Part shown: positions 63,192 through 64,000 of the stretch, piece by piece
How the letters are laid out: every line of letters begins with the position of its first letter
How positions within the stretch are numbered: the stretch's first letter is position 1
Assembly: GCA_037440625.1 (NCBI GenBank)
Contig: JBBITT010000002.1
Span: forward strand, 22,837 to 86,836
DNA length: 64,000 nucleotides
Origin: Chloroflexota bacterium
GTDB lineage: Bacteria; Chloroflexota; Anaerolineae; UBA4142
Direction: 5' to 3'
Translations under genes and position numbers: made by a program
The notes under the pieces: generated by a model
What the model was told of the DNA's origin: nothing
Databases searched by the model: none
What the model saw: only the letters and a program-made list of their open reading frames with translations

Positions 63192-64000
63192 GTGTCGTTC
63201 CTCATCCTTTATGCCGTCGAATTGCTCGATGAATTGATTTATGGTTTGCAAGGCGCGGTCATTCCCTTTCTGCGCAACGACCTTGTGTTGACCTACACCG
63301 AAATCGGATTGTTGCTCAGTGTCCCGGCATTCGTCGGCATCGTTACCGATCCAATCGTGGGCTTGCTGGCGGCTACGCGTCATCGCCGTGCGTTGATCAT
63401 CGGCGGCATTGTTGTAACAGCGATTGGATTGTGGCTCGTTGGGATCGGACAAACTTTCGCACTTGTTTTGTTTGCCTTTACGCTCTTGTTTATCGCCAGC
63501 ACGGCGTATGTGAGTCTAGCCCAAGCCACGTTGATTGATCGTGATCCAGCGCGCGCGGAACAAACGATGGCGCGCTGGACGTTGCTGGGAGCGGTTGGCG
63601 TAACGATTGCGCCGCTCATCGTTGCCGGCTTGTTCTATCTGGGATACAGTTGGCGCGGCTTGTGTCTTGCGCTGGCAGGTGTCGCCGGCGTTTACCTCGC
63701 GCTCTTGTGGCGGCAACGCTTCGATGCGCACGTTGGCGCAGAAAAGCCGGCGTCGCCGCGCGCGCTGTGGAATGCTTTCCAAGTCGCGCTGAAAATGCCG
63801 GCGTTGTGGCGCTGGATCATTCTCACCGAACTCGCCGATTTGATGCTCGACAAGTTGCTCGAAGTCACCGGCTTGTACTTTCACGACGTGGTGGGCGTTG
63901 ATCTGGGCGCGGCGAGTTTAGCGGTTGCGTTGTTCACGATGGGTGGATTGCTCGGGAATACAGTGCTGGTGCCGTTGCTCGAACGCGTGGAGGGTCTCCA
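63192..64000 (+). CDS. MFS transporter, 3' end outside the window
   Basis: My own translation from GTG 63192: VSFLILYAVELLDELIYGLQGAVIPFLRNDL...GLLAATRHRRALIIGG.... Hydrophobic and open to the window edge. Not in the supplied ORF track because no stop is reached. Confidence 0.7.
   Translation, partial: MSFLILYAVELLDELIYGLQGAVIPFLRNDLVLTYTEIGLLLSVPAFVGIVTDPIVGLLAATRHRRALIIGGIVVTAIGLWLVGIGQTFALVLFAFTLLFIASTAYVSLAQATLIDRDPARAEQTMARWTLLGAVGVTIAPLIVAGLFYLGYSWRGLCLALAGVAGVYLALLWRQRFDAHVGAEKPASPRALWNAFQVALKMPALWRWIILTELADLMLDKLLEVTGLYFHDVVGVDLGAASLAVALFTMGGLLGNTVLVPLLERVEGL

Noticed and set aside
62541-63452. 303-aa minus-strand ORF covering the HAD hydrolase gene and the start of the MFS gene
   Set aside because: It is antisense to a HAD gene with intact DxDxT and other motifs. 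Its composition is biased (R, H, Q, I) and it crosses an intergenic boundary.

Overview
A 64-kb chromosomal segment, moderately GC-rich by eye. Gene content and repeat style suggest a Chloroflexota-like bacterium, but that is a low-confidence guess. It is densely packed with about 65 protein genes, one tRNA and the RNase P RNA. No IS elements, integrases, prophage genes or CRISPR arrays were seen.

Main blocks, left to right:
1. A copA 3' end with small metal-related genes (thioredoxin-fold protein, SAM methyltransferase, YHS/TRASH protein).
2. An atypical NADH dehydrogenase locus ordered nuoA-E-H-[DinB]-J-K-[V4R, HsmA-like]-L-M-N. It lacks nuoB, C, D, F, G and I.
3. A GAF/fRMsr-like gene, then tRNA-Lys(UUU) fused almost directly to rnpB.
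4. A long minus-strand block of hydrolases, aminotransferase, NUDIX, GNAT and LysM genes. It runs into a pentose-phosphate supra-operon: gluconokinase-like, NIPSNAP, rpiB, fused tal-pgi, zwf, pgl, AttH/CrtC-like, and an orphan DNA methyltransferase.
5. A large membrane-anchored protein combining a GH18-like domain (catalytic Glu replaced) with a clan GH-A domain.
6. A TetR / ABC-2 / two ATPases / HlyD efflux operon with a recognisable promoter and operator.
7. era, rtcB-archease, and the nusA-ylxR-infB-rbfA-nrnA-truB-ribF cluster.
8. mutL, threonine dehydratase and transporters.

Observations most worth a second look:
- The peripheral-arm-less nuo locus, with a V4R plus HsmA-like pair and a DinB gene translationally embedded in it.
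- The tRNA-Lys/rnpB tandem, and an rnpB whose P4 helix carries compensated substitutions in the normally invariant bacterial GGAAAGUCCGGGC segment.
- A dense population of short hairpin elements built from degenerate 7-nt (also 8- and 9-nt) tandem units at gene boundaries. Several have been absorbed in frame into coding sequences (copA, mutL, an ABC ATPase tail, the ilvA-like tail and the eamA start).
- A 566-aa protein with an unknown N-terminal region fused to a nucleoside-phosphorylase-like fold.
- Two predicted leaderless promoters and a terminator-like hairpin in the nusA leader.

All calls come from reading the sequence and ORF translations. No database search was run.
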